This document shows, piece after piece, positions 33,913 to 42,903 of a DNA stretch of 64,000 bases. The translations under genes and the position numbers were made by a program. The notes beneath the pieces are model-generated. The model ran no database searches, was not told the origin of the DNA, and saw only the letters and a program-made list of their open reading frames with translations. The stretch spans positions 256,001-320,000 of the forward strand of contig CAWFKQ010000007.1 of assembly GCA_963816395.1 (NCBI GenBank), read 5' to 3'. Source of the stretch: an uncultured delta proteobacterium. GTDB taxonomy: Bacteria > Desulfobacterota > Desulfuromonadia > Desulfuromonadales > JACZKF01. Numbering within the stretch: the stretch's first letter is position 1; the number at the start of each line of letters is the position of its first letter.

Positions 33913-33947
33913 TTGCAAGTTGACCTGTTTACGGTCTATATTTAGAC
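33913..33947 (+). promoter_or_regulatory. TA promoter with operator palindrome
   Basis: ttgcaa-18nt-tatatt; GTCTA-tatt-TAGAC overlaps the -10. Confidence 0.55.
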
Positions 33948-33968
33948 ATACTCGCAGGGAGGTATGAC

Positions 33969-34244
33969 ATGAAGCTATCCAGCCAGATTAAACCGATCAG
34001 CTATCTCAAAGCCCATGCTGCCGAAATCGTGCGGAATCTCGCTGAGGAGCGGGAGCCTTTGGTTATTACTCAGAATGGCGAAGCCAAGGTGGTCATTCAG
34101 GACATCAGAAGCTATGAAAAAACTCAGGAAACTATGGCCTTCCTTAAAATCCTGGCGCTTGGTCAGCGGCAGATCGAGGAAGGCAGAGTTCAGCCTGCTG
34201 CCGATGTCATCAAGCGCCTGCGCGAGCAAAAGGGAACTCGCTGA
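33969..34244 (+). CDS. Phd/YefM antitoxin
   Basis: IKPISYLKAHAAEIV..PLVITQNGEAKVV; SD gggagg. Confidence 0.9.
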   Translation: MKLSSQIKPISYLKAHAAEIVRNLAEEREPLVITQNGEAKVVIQDIRSYEKTQETMAFLKILALGQRQIEEGRVQPAADVIKRLREQKGTR

Positions 34245-34576
34245 TGCCTTGTTCGGTCTTTTTGACCGATGACGCGGCAGGCGACCTCGAGGATTTGTTC
34301 GACTATATCGCTAACAGCGATGCCCCTGAGCAAGCAGACTACGTACTGGAGCGGATCGAAAGATCTTTCACCAGCCTGTCCGAATTCCCCGAGCGCGGTT
34401 CTTATCCGAAGGAACTGCTGGGACTGGGAATTCGGGAATACCGCGAAATTTTCTTCAAACCTTACCGGATCGTCTACCGGGTTTTAGAAGAAAACGTCTA
34501 TATTCTAGTGATTTCAGACGGACGCCGTGACATTCAATCACTTCTACAGCGGCGGTTATTAGCAGCCTCCCTCTGA
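34244..34576 (+). CDS. RelE/ParE family toxin
   Basis: AAGDLEDLFDYI..LSEFPERG..YRIVYRV..DGRRD; TGATG coupling to phd. Confidence 0.9.
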   Translation: MPCSVFLTDDAAGDLEDLFDYIANSDAPEQADYVLERIERSFTSLSEFPERGSYPKELLGLGIREYREIFFKPYRIVYRVLEENVYILVISDGRRDIQSLLQRRLLAASL

Positions 34577-34669
34577 TCCTTCTTGTCCTCAGCCTCTCCT
34601 CGCCTGAAGCCCCACTCAATCCCGCAAGAATCTGGGCAGTGTCCCGGGTTTTCCTCTCACTCCCCTAAC

Positions 34670-35166
34670 TCAAGATTCGCCCGCCTGCGTTATAGCGAAG
34701 TTGATCACCGTATCACTGAGATGAATCCCCTTCTCGCGCATCCGCTGAACCGCACCCTTCATTGTGAGAGGGTATCCTTCGCGTTTTGCCCGCAACAGAA
34801 CGCCGATGGAGCCGGTAACGTGGAGGCCGTTCAATCGTGCGATACGCCTTCCGACCGATTCATCAATGCAGACGGTGGCGATACCTTCCTGCAGAGCCAA
34901 CTGGATCACGGAAGCCTCCCCCGATCGAGAGAATTCCGAAGAAAAAGGGATATATCCAAGGGCTCGGGAATTCTGGCAAGTCCATCGGACGACTTGAATT
35001 GCTCCACCGCAAAACCGGTAGCGCCGCCGGCAAGGATCTCGCTTTGGACCTCGAAGGGAACGAGGACGCGGGCATATAGTTTCCCCAATACCTCCAGGTT
35101 ACCAAGTGCCGCAACAATGGCAATGATGGGGCCGGTGTTGATGACGATTTCAGTCGTTTCAGGCAT
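34670..35166 (-). CDS. DUF3368 PIN-like toxin (frameshift ~34915)
   Basis: INTGPIIA..VPFEVQSEI..LDRG / IDESVGRRIA..TGSIGVLLRAK. Confidence 0.8.
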
Positions 35167-35413
35167 TTTTCAGATCGGAACGGAGTTCTTCCTCTTCCAG
35201 ATCTATCGCCGATACGCCAAATCGATGTAACGAAAGCAGAAAAGAAACGCGGTCCATACCCAGGAGGGAGGCGGCCATTCCGGAAGAGAGCCGTTTCATC
35301 TCGAAAAGCTTCACGGCCATCGCCATTTTGGCTTCCTTTTCGAACTCCTCACGGGTCTCGTTGAGGGCATCAGGAATGGTTTCCGGATATTCTATTTTCA
35401 TCTGAAGCGGCAT
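35159..35413 (-). CDS. UPF0175-family antitoxin
   Basis: AVKLFEMKRLSSGMAASLLGMDRVSFL..EELRSDL. Confidence 0.85.
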   Translation of the reverse strand: MPLQMKIEYPETIPDALNETREEFEKEAKMAMAVKLFEMKRLSSGMAASLLGMDRVSFLLSLHRFGVSAIDLEEEELRSDLKNA

Positions 35414-35646
35414 GGGTTTGCTCCTTACTGTTGAGAACATCGTTCGTCTCTTTCCCGCCCTATTTCTCACAGGCGAGACTGTTCGCAGCACATGGCAGAT
35501 CACCTAAAATCTCGAGTTGATGGGATTGTTCATTATCTTGTTGAACAGAATAGCAGAATCCTTCGAGCTTCGCCAAAGGATTTGACGCTCAAATAACTGC
35601 TTAGACCCCCTGGGCGCGCCCGCAAGATCGGCCCCCGGCCTTGAGC

Positions 35647-35796
35647 ATCAGGATCAACAGTTTCACCACGGAACACAGAGGAAATCCTCTCGGGAAAAAA
35701 GCTTGGGACACGGATTTACGCGGAAAAGCTCTGATAAGAATCTGATTTTTAAGATCAGATTTTAATCCGCTTGCATCAGATTTGATCCGTGTTCAG
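35647..35796. repeat. ~150-bp direct repeat, copy 2
   Basis: Near-identical to 32219-32369. Confidence 0.92.
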
Positions 35797-35840
35797 TTTT
35801 AAGGCAACTAACCTCACTTTAATCCGCACCGCCGCAAGGT

Positions 35841-35927
35841 ATGAAGAACGCCTGGCTAGCGCTGGGCAATGTCAAGATCGGCCATGACAACCGGGTTCCG
35901 CTCTGGCTTTTTGGTTTTCTTTATTGA
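35841..35927 (+). pseudogene. 3'-end remnant of an AAA_14 ATPase homolog
   Basis: Reads MKNAWLALGNVKIGHDNRVPLWLFGFLY*, versus NAWLALDNTEIGHGNRIPLWLFGYLY* at 33627-33708. Confidence 0.85.
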
Positions 35928-36048
35928 ATCGTAATCTGGTTATGCACTTCACCCAAGGTTAATGTCCAGGATCCCCCCAAGGATTCGGTTGCCACATTTC
36001 CTGTTTTAACCTATTGTTATCTATATTTACCGCTTCAGAGGATCGGCC

Positions 36049-36366
36049 ATGGTCACTCAGCAAAATCTGCAATCGGCTGTTCGGAAACTCGCCGGGTCCT
36101 TTCACCCAGAGCGGATCATCCTTTTTGGCTCGCAAGCACGGGGGGATGCTGATGAGCGCAGCGATGTCGATCTCCTGGTCATCACTGAGATCCAGGGGAG
36201 CCGCCGGGCTCTGATGGTTGCCATGGACCGGGCGCTGCGGGACATTGGCTTTGCCAGAGACATCGTCATTCTCACCCCGGACGAGTTCGAACGCGACAAG
36301 GAAATACCGGGGACCGTCGCCAGACCGGCATGGAAGGAGGGAAAGGTCCTCTATGCCCGCCACTGA
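36049..36366 (+). CDS. Minimal nucleotidyltransferase (MNT) antitoxin
   Basis: LFGSQARGDADERSDVDLLV. Confidence 0.88.
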   Translation: MVTQQNLQSAVRKLAGSFHPERIILFGSQARGDADERSDVDLLVITEIQGSRRALMVAMDRALRDIGFARDIVILTPDEFERDKEIPGTVARPAWKEGKVLYARH

Positions 36367-36568
36367 CAGGGATGTCCTGAATAAAGTCTATCAATGGCTG
36401 CAGTTCGAGGACGAAGATCTACTCCTCGCCAGACACGGACTCACCTTACAGTCCTCTGTTCCCTATCGTCTGATTGCTTACCACGCCCAGCAAACGATAT
36501 CGTCAGGCGCCTGCGCGAGCGACATGCAATCGCTTCTACAGCGGCGGTTACTTGCCGCATCCCTCTGA
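36353..36568 (+). pseudogene. Truncated HEPN toxin fused in frame to a ParE C-terminal tail
   Basis: WLQFEDEDLLLA..AYHAQQ, then DMQSLLQRRLLAASL* matching the ParE end DIQSLLQRRLLAASL*. Confidence 0.75.
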
Positions 36569-36682
36569 TCCTTTTTCGCCCTCGGCCTCACCTTCCAAAA
36601 CCCCTCCGACAGCTAAGGCCTCCATCAGGAGCCCGAGACTCCCCTCCCTGCAAATTCGTGCTTGCCCCTTAATCGACATTTA

Positions 36683-36702
36683 TGTTATCAATTTTGATAA
36701 CA
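36683..36702. promoter_or_regulatory. Operator-like perfect inverted repeat
   Basis: tgttatcaa-tt-ttgataaca just upstream of the SD of the abiEii-like gene. Confidence 0.6.
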
Positions 36703-36721
36703 AATATGGGGGAGAATAACT

Positions 36722-37627
36722 ATGCCGCGTCCGTTTTCACGGGAAGAGCAGCGCGAAATTGCTGACAGCATTCACTTTCATCTGGTCCATGGCTTTGTCC
36801 TGGCGGCCGGCCGCGACCTCGTCTTCCAAGGCGGCACCTGCCTCGCAATGGCTTGGGACTCTCCACGCTACTCCGAAGATGTCGATTTTCTTTTCTCCCG
36901 CGATAAGGATGCGGCGCCGGACCGGGCGATGGGCAAGGCCCTCCAGCTGGTTCGCGACGCACTGCAGCTCCGGGATCCCCTGGGAAAAGTCGAGGTTGTA
37001 AAGAAGGAAAGAGGGCAAACTAATCCCTTGATCATTTACCAGATCAAGTACACGCATCAGGAACGCAGGGGCAAGATCCAGGTCCATGCGGACGTGCTCC
37101 GCATTGCGGCAGCCAGCTTGCATTCCTATCGACGGGCGATCCGGTCAGTGCGACCACCTGCGGGTTCCGGATACCGTCTCGATGTCGTCGTGCCGGTCGC
37201 TACGCCGCAGATGCTTTACGTCGACAAGATCTTCGCCATGGCCTTTCGTCCGAACCCGAAGTGGCGTGATTTCTTCGATGTCTGGTGGATGCGCAGCCAA
37301 ATGCGCCCTTTCCTGCCGGCGCCGCATGAATGGCGGCAGGAGTTCGTTGAGAACGTGAAAACAAATCTGGAGATCTACGGCCGGATGGAACTGGAACTGC
37401 TCCAGGCCCTGAAGAGCCGGGTAAATCCACAGGCGAAGCCGCCGGCATCCTCCTGGGAAGATGGCCTGCGGGCAGAGCTGGCAAATTGGCTCCCCGAGAG
37501 TTTCTTTCGCTCCCTGGATACCCTCGACGGCTTTCGGATCATGGCCGGATTCGTGGAGCAGGAAATCCACCGGGTCATCGAAATCCTCGGCGAACCCGCC
37601 GGGCTCGGGGGAAATACGGGAGGGTGA
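36722..37627 (+). CDS. AbiEii/DUF1814 nucleotidyltransferase toxin (type IV TA)
   Basis: FQGGTCL..RYSEDVDF, K..A..R..RDFFD. Confidence 0.85.
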   Translation: MPRPFSREEQREIADSIHFHLVHGFVLAAGRDLVFQGGTCLAMAWDSPRYSEDVDFLFSRDKDAAPDRAMGKALQLVRDALQLRDPLGKVEVVKKERGQTNPLIIYQIKYTHQERRGKIQVHADVLRIAAASLHSYRRAIRSVRPPAGSGYRLDVVVPVATPQMLYVDKIFAMAFRPNPKWRDFFDVWWMRSQMRPFLPAPHEWRQEFVENVKTNLEIYGRMELELLQALKSRVNPQAKPPASSWEDGLRAELANWLPESFFRSLDTLDGFRIMAGFVEQEIHRVIEILGEPAGLGGNTGG

Positions 37628-38238
37628 GCGTGAACTATCGTCGCTCCTATGATGTCCTGCGGGAGTTGCCGCCGGTTTTCTCCCTCCGGGAGATGGAACT
37701 GCTGACCGGCCAGGCTTACCCGGTCTGCCGCCTGGCCCTGCATCGGTGGCGCCGACGCGGCTGGATCAAAGACCTGGGGCCGCGAACAGGCGTTTATTTC
37801 AACCTTCTGAAAGATCCGAAGGCGTGGGGGAATTATCTCCCCGATGCCCTCCGCAAACTGTTCCCCGGCGCCGTGGTCATCGGCCCCAGCGTTCTGCACG
37901 ACCACGGCTGGACCACTCAGATTCCCCAACTCCTGCATGTGGCCGTCCCTGCCCGGCGCAGCCTCCCTCAGCTGCACGGCGTCCACCTGGTCGGCCGCCC
38001 CCGGCGCTGGTACCGGCAGGTGGCCCCCTACCTGCAGCCTGGCTCCTCCGGCCTGCCCGAACTCCCCCCCGCAATGGCCCTTGCCGACTGTCTGCGTTAC
38101 CGGGACTCCTGGGTTCCGGATGCCGATGACCTCGAACTCGGCGAAATGAGCGCGCAGGAACTGGCGACAGCGGCTCGCTGGCTGGGGACTTCACCGGAGG
38201 CGATGGCGCCTTATCTGGAGAAAACCATAGAAAAATAG
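37624..38238 (+). CDS. AbiEi-like antitoxin (winged HTH + SxLxxHGWxxQIP)
   Basis: GTGA overlap with the toxin stop; LALHRW...GWI..GVY, SVLHDHGWTTQIP. Confidence 0.7.
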   Translation: MSVNYRRSYDVLRELPPVFSLREMELLTGQAYPVCRLALHRWRRRGWIKDLGPRTGVYFNLLKDPKAWGNYLPDALRKLFPGAVVIGPSVLHDHGWTTQIPQLLHVAVPARRSLPQLHGVHLVGRPRRWYRQVAPYLQPGSSGLPELPPAMALADCLRYRDSWVPDADDLELGEMSAQELATAARWLGTSPEAMAPYLEKTIEK

Positions 38239-38273
38239 AAAGCAGCGCCCTGTCCCCTGCTCTTCAAAGAAGA

Positions 38274-38306
38274 TTTATCCCCTTCATCCCCTTTATCCCT
38301 GTGAAT
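38274..38306. repeat. Nonamer repeat element (TTTATCCCC family)
   Basis: tttatcccc ttcatcccc tttatccct gtgaat; related copies at 50723-51003 and 61793-62038. Confidence 0.8.
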
Positions 38307-38554
38307 GCTCTGCCTTGTTTTTGGCAGCTGTCATCACTGCAGTAAAGTGCATTCTTGCGGGCGCCGACGGCAGAGACGAAGTGTAATACATCGATATTTC
38401 ATACTTTTTCCTCTGAACTCGGACAAAATCCTAGGCAGTTTGATATATGTTCTTAATGAACAATAAGCCTCCTCCCCAATTTACATCGGTCAAATCCAAG
38501 GTTAAATGAAAACCATCTCACGCAAGTTGCTCACTTCCACCAAGCAGCATTCGA

Positions 38555-38734
38555 ATGACGGGGTTCCTGATGCGAGTGTCTGAAAGAATATACAACCTGG
38601 TGGCAGATGAGGAAGGGGCGACGATGGTCGAATATGCCATCATGGTCGGGTTCATCGCCGCGGTTTGCATCGGGGTCGTCACACTCTCGGGAAAGACGTG
38701 TTCGGACTTGTTCAATAGCGTACCGGATTTTTGA
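38555..38734 (+). CDS. flp: Flp pilin 1 (below ORF-track cutoff)
   Basis: Manual translation MTGFLMRVSERIYNLVADEEG/ATMVEYAIMVGFIAAVCIGVV..; Flp G|xxxxEY motif. Confidence 0.85.
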   Translation: MTGFLMRVSERIYNLVADEEGATMVEYAIMVGFIAAVCIGVVTLSGKTCSDLFNSVPDF

Positions 38735-38793
38735 CCAATTCAGCTTTCACCGGCAGCCTTGCTGCCATACTCACACCCAAAGGAGGCAGGGAA

Positions 38794-38952
38794 ATGGAAA
38801 AGATGAAAAAGAAAATGATGCAGTTGTGGAAGGATGAGGAGGGGGCGACGATGGTGGAGTATGGGATCATGGTTGCCTTGATTGCGGCAGTTGCCATTGC
38901 AGTTGTTACTGACGCTTGGGAAGACAGGTTGAAAATGCTTTCAACTATGTAA
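38794..38952 (+). CDS. flp: Flp pilin 2 (3' end probably frameshifted)
   Basis: LWKDEEG/ATMVEYGIMVALIAAVAIAVV; SD aggagg. Confidence 0.85.
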   Translation: MEKMKKKMMQLWKDEEGATMVEYGIMVALIAAVAIAVVTDAWEDRLKMLSTM

Positions 38953-39002
38953 CAGCCAGATTACAATACCAGCTAACTAAAACGTGATTTTAGACTCCTT
39001 CC

Positions 39003-39509
39003 ATGATTTTGAACGTGATTTTTCTCCTGGTCATCACCGCGAGTGACCTGACTAGGAGAAAAATCCCCAATTCCGTCACCATATCCGCTGCCGTTATTGG
39101 ATTTATCTGCAATATCTATTTCTCCGGCGTGAACGGTCTTCTCCACGCCGGAGAAGGTTTTGCTCTCGGATTCGGTCTCCTGATTTTGCCGTTCCTGTTG
39201 AGCGGCATGGGTGCGGGTGACGTCAAGGCGATGGCTGCGCTGGGGGCCCTGATCGGGCCCTCAGCGGTTTTTCAGACGTTTCTCTACATGGCGCTCATCG
39301 GGGGGGTGATCTCCATGGTCTATTACCTTGCCGTTTACAACGTTCGCGAGAAGGCGCGGGCGGGTCTGGTGGCTCTCGGCGCCTTCGTGGCTTCCCGGGA
39401 CGTGCGCTGTCTGGTCCCGGCAACTCCCGCGAAGAAGCACAAGATCCCCTATGCTCCAGCCATGGCCCTGGGGTATCTGGCTTATCTCGCCTGGGGCAAT
39501 CTCGTCTGA
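39003..39509 (+). CDS. cpaA: A24 prepilin peptidase CpaA/TadV
   Basis: DLTRRKIPN, GMGAGDVK, IPYAPAM. Confidence 0.88.
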   Translation: MILNVIFLLVITASDLTRRKIPNSVTISAAVIGFICNIYFSGVNGLLHAGEGFALGFGLLILPFLLSGMGAGDVKAMAALGALIGPSAVFQTFLYMALIGGVISMVYYLAVYNVREKARAGLVALGAFVASRDVRCLVPATPAKKHKIPYAPAMALGYLAYLAWGNLV

Positions 39510-39540
39510 GCAAAAAATCTCCCTTGGGCTGCTGGCCCGC

Positions 39541-39624
39541 CCCCTCTCCCTAGCCCTCTCCCACAAGGGGAGAGGGAATTTAAAAGCTCTCATCTCTTCG
39601 ATTGGCAGGGGTTGGGGGAGGGTG
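39541..39624. repeat. REP-like palindromic doublet, copy 1
   Basis: cccctctccctagccctctcccacaaggggagaggg..; copies at 46899-46979 (rc) and 49932-50019. Confidence 0.85.
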
Positions 39625-39766
39625 CCACTCTCCGCGCCTCTGCGCCTCCGCGTTAATTCCGAATTTTTCCCCTCCCCGATTGACATCATGAAAAGGTGCG
39701 GTAAGTTATTCATCTATAATTAAAGTGAAATTAATTAAGCTTTTGCATTTTACCCGGAGGTTGCGC

Positions 39767-40598
39767 ATGAAACGCTACGGTGCCCTGCTCGCTCTCGTCC
39801 TGGCCGTCGGCTTCGGCCTGCTGGCGGTGGTGCTGGCGAACAAGTGGCTGTCGGCCCGCGGCCGGCAGGTCGCCGTGAATACCACGGAGAAGATCCCCTC
39901 GGTAAAGGTGGTGGTTGCGGCCAAGGATCTGGATATCGGTACTCCGCTCACGGCGGAGCAACTGACCCTGACCGAATGGCCGAAGTCGAGCGTTCCCAAA
40001 GGCGCTTTCAACGAGATCGGCGCGCTGAAGGAGCGCACGGTGATCGCCAAGCTCTGGGCGGGCGAGCCGATCCTGGCCTCCGAACTGGCGGCGCCGGGTT
40101 CGGGAGCGGGCATGGTGGCGACCATCAACCCGGGGATGCGGGCGATGGCGGTGCGGGTCGATGAAGTGAGCGGGGTCGGCGGCTTCATCCTCCCCAACAC
40201 CTATGTCGACGTGATCGCGGTCAACTAGCAAAAACCGCAAGGAGAAATCCTCCCAAACCATTCTCCGTCGGGTCAAGGTGCTGGCCATCGCCCAGGAGAC
40301 GTTCACCGAGAATGGCAAACCAAAAATTGTAAAGACGGTCACCTTGGAGCTGGCGCCGAAGGAGACGGAGAAGCTTGCCCTGGAGACGCACGAAGGAAGC
40401 ATCCAGATGGTTCTCCGCAATCCCCGTGACGATGCTGAACCGGAAATGGAGAAGCCGCAGGTCGTTACCCGAACCCGCAAGGTTTACGTCACCAGGCCCG
40501 CGCCAAAACCACCGCAGTCCTTCCAGGTGGAGGTGATCCGACGCTCCAAGCGCGAATCGGTGAAGTTCAAGGGGGACGGCTCGGACGAAAAGATCTGA
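39767..40598 (+). CDS. cpaB: Flp pilus assembly protein CpaB/RcpC (frameshift ~40225)
   Basis: VVVAAKDL SAF domain, GMRAMAVRVDEVSGVGGFILP..VDV, VTLEL..LVLRNP-like. Confidence 0.88.
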
Positions 40599-40647
40599 CC
40601 CGCTGAACGAAATAAAGTGCCATGTATCAGATGACCAGGAGGTAAAG

Positions 40648-42140
40648 ATGGATTTCCGGCGACCTTTTCGCCTTGCGCTGAGCATCCTGCTCTTCGTGCT
40701 GCCGATCCTCGGCGGCTCTCTCTCGCCCACGCCCAGGAGGCGGCGCAGAAAACGCTGCAGCTGCGGCTCGGCGGCTCCGAGCTGGTTCATACCGAATACC
40801 CCTTCCGGCGGGTCTCCATCGCCGATCCTGATGTGGCCGACGTGGTTGTACTCTCCCCCCGCGAACTCTACGTCTACGGCAAAAAGGTCGGTTATACCAG
40901 CATTATCCTGTGGGACGAGGAACAGGGGAAAACATTGCTGGACGTGGTCGTCGCCCTCGATCTGACCGCCTTGAAGGAGAAGTTGCACGAGCTCTACCCC
41001 AACCAGGACATCAAGGTCTATGCCTCGGAAAAAGGGGTGGTCCTCTCCGGCACCGTCACCGGCCCCGAAGTGGCGGAGCAGGTAATCCGCCTGACCCAGA
41101 ATTATCTGCCCAAGGAAGCGGAAGGTAAGGGAACCAGTCAAGGCACTGGCCGCTCGGGCGCCGGCATCACCAACCTCCTGAAGGTCGGCGGACCGCAGCA
41201 GGTCCTGCTGGAAGTCAAGGTAGCCGAGGTGACTCGGAACTGGAACAAGGTCCTGCAGGCGGGAATCGGCCTCGGAAGGTCTGGGTGAAGGATTTTACCG
41301 GCGCTTTCGGCACCAACACCCTCGACGGGGTGATGCAGAGCCCAGGTTCCCTGTTCCTCAACTTCGCCGGCAATGCCGCCAATATTTTTCTAAAAGTGGA
41401 TAATTTCCAGGCTGCCCTGCAATTTTTGGAAGGTAACGACCTGGCGCGCACCCTGGCCGAACCGCGCCTGGTAACCATGAGCGGTCAGCAGGCGAGCTTC
41501 CTAGCCGGCGGCGAGTTCCCGATCCCGGTCCCGCAGGACATCAATACCATTACCATCGAATACAAGGAGTTCGGCGTTGCGCTGAACTTCACCCCGGTGG
41601 TCGAAAGCGACGGCCGGATCAGGCTGCGGGTGGCGCCGAGCGTCAGCGAAATCGCCTCCACCAGCGTCATCCCGGCGGGGATCGTCGGGGACGAATTTCG
41701 TCGTGCCCAACCTCTCCACCCGACGCTTGGACACGACCGTGGAAATGTATGACGGGCAGACCCTGGCCCTGGCCGGCCTCCTGCAGGACAACCTGCGGGA
41801 AACCATCAATAAAATACCTGGCCTGGGCGATATCCCCATACTCGGCGCCCTCTTCCGCAGCACGCAATATCAGCAGCAGAAAACGGACCTTCTGGTCGCC
41901 GTCACTCCCCACCTTGTCAAACCTGTAAAGGAAGGCTCCATGAAACTCCCCGGAGAATTCATGAAAACCCCAAATGCTTACGAGTTTTACCTGGAAGGGC
42001 GATTGGAAGGAAAGCGCCCCTTCGACGAGCAATCCGCCTTCGGCCACCACGATTTTCAAGGCGATGGCGCCGCCGCCGAATTGAAGGAAGGCGGATTGGA
42101 TGGTGATTTCGGCTTCCAGCCGGTTAAAGCAGGCCAATAA
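40648..42140 (+). CDS. cpaC: Secretin CpaC/RcpA (about three frameshifts)
   Basis: QQVLLEVKVAEV, LAEPRLVTMSGQQASFLAGGEFP, GQTLALAGL, IPGLGDIPILGALF. Confidence 0.85.
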
Positions 42141-42151
42141 GGGAGGGAACC

Positions 42152-42448
42152 ATGCGAAGACTCATTCTTCTGATCGGCGCACTGATGCTTCTGGCGGCCT
42201 GTGCTCCCTTAGAAAATGCCTATTATGTCGATAAGGAATTCGGCAAGAGCAGTCAGGCGGCCTGGGACCAGATGGTCATCAACAAGAATGCGCCGCATGG
42301 AGATCAGACGCCGACTGGGCTGGATGGCGTTGCTGCCGAAGAAATCATGAATGTCACCAATCAGACATTTGCCGAAAAAACAGAGAAGACCGCAGGTTTT
42401 TCAATTCGAAATGGGTGGTACACAGTGAAAATTACCAGATTTTCATGA
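42152..42448 (+). CDS. Tad-associated lipoprotein
   Basis: Lipobox LLAAC; lies between cpaC and tadE; 3' end uncertain. Confidence 0.6.
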   Translation: MRRLILLIGALMLLAACAPLENAYYVDKEFGKSSQAAWDQMVINKNAPHGDQTPTGLDGVAAEEIMNVTNQTFAEKTEKTAGFSIRNGWYTVKITRFS

Positions 42449-42903
42449 CAAACATGAAACTCGCCGATGAAAAAGGCGCTTCGCTGGTCGAATTTGCCAT
42501 CGTTCTTCCTCTTCTGATTGATTCTTCTATTCGGTATCATCGAATTCGGCTCCTTCTTTACAACAAGGCTGTAATCACCAACGCCAGTCGGGAGGGGGCT
42601 CGGGCAGGCATCGTATATTCCTATATTGAGGACCCTGGCAATCCGCCCTTTACAAGGATAAGCAGCGACGAGATAAAAACCGTAGTAAACAATTATGCTG
42701 GGTCGCACTTAGTAACATTCTGCTCAGATCAAGACACATTGGATATCACAGTCACACCAACCGACCCCAGGAAATTGCCTTCCGGGCAATCGCTTTCCGT
42801 AACGGTAAGTTACGATTATTGTTTCCTCGTCATTCCGGCACTGACCAGCCTTTTCAGCACCCCAATAACCATTTCGGGAACCACCATCATGAGGGCCGAA
42901 TGA
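42445..42903 (+). CDS. tadE: TadE-like pseudopilin
   Basis: EKG/ASLVEFAIVLP..NASREGAR. Confidence 0.82.
   Translation: MTNMKLADEKGASLVEFAIVLPLLIDSSIRYHRIRLLLYNKAVITNASREGARAGIVYSYIEDPGNPPFTRISSDEIKTVVNNYAGSHLVTFCSDQDTLDITVTPTDPRKLPSGQSLSVTVSYDYCFLVIPALTSLFSTPITISGTTIMRAE

Noticed and set aside
31360..38300. Integron cassette array
   Set aside because: No intI (the only tyrosine recombinase is a typical XerD in housekeeping context) and no convincing attC sites with RYYYAAC/GTTRRRY ends; one module is inverted.
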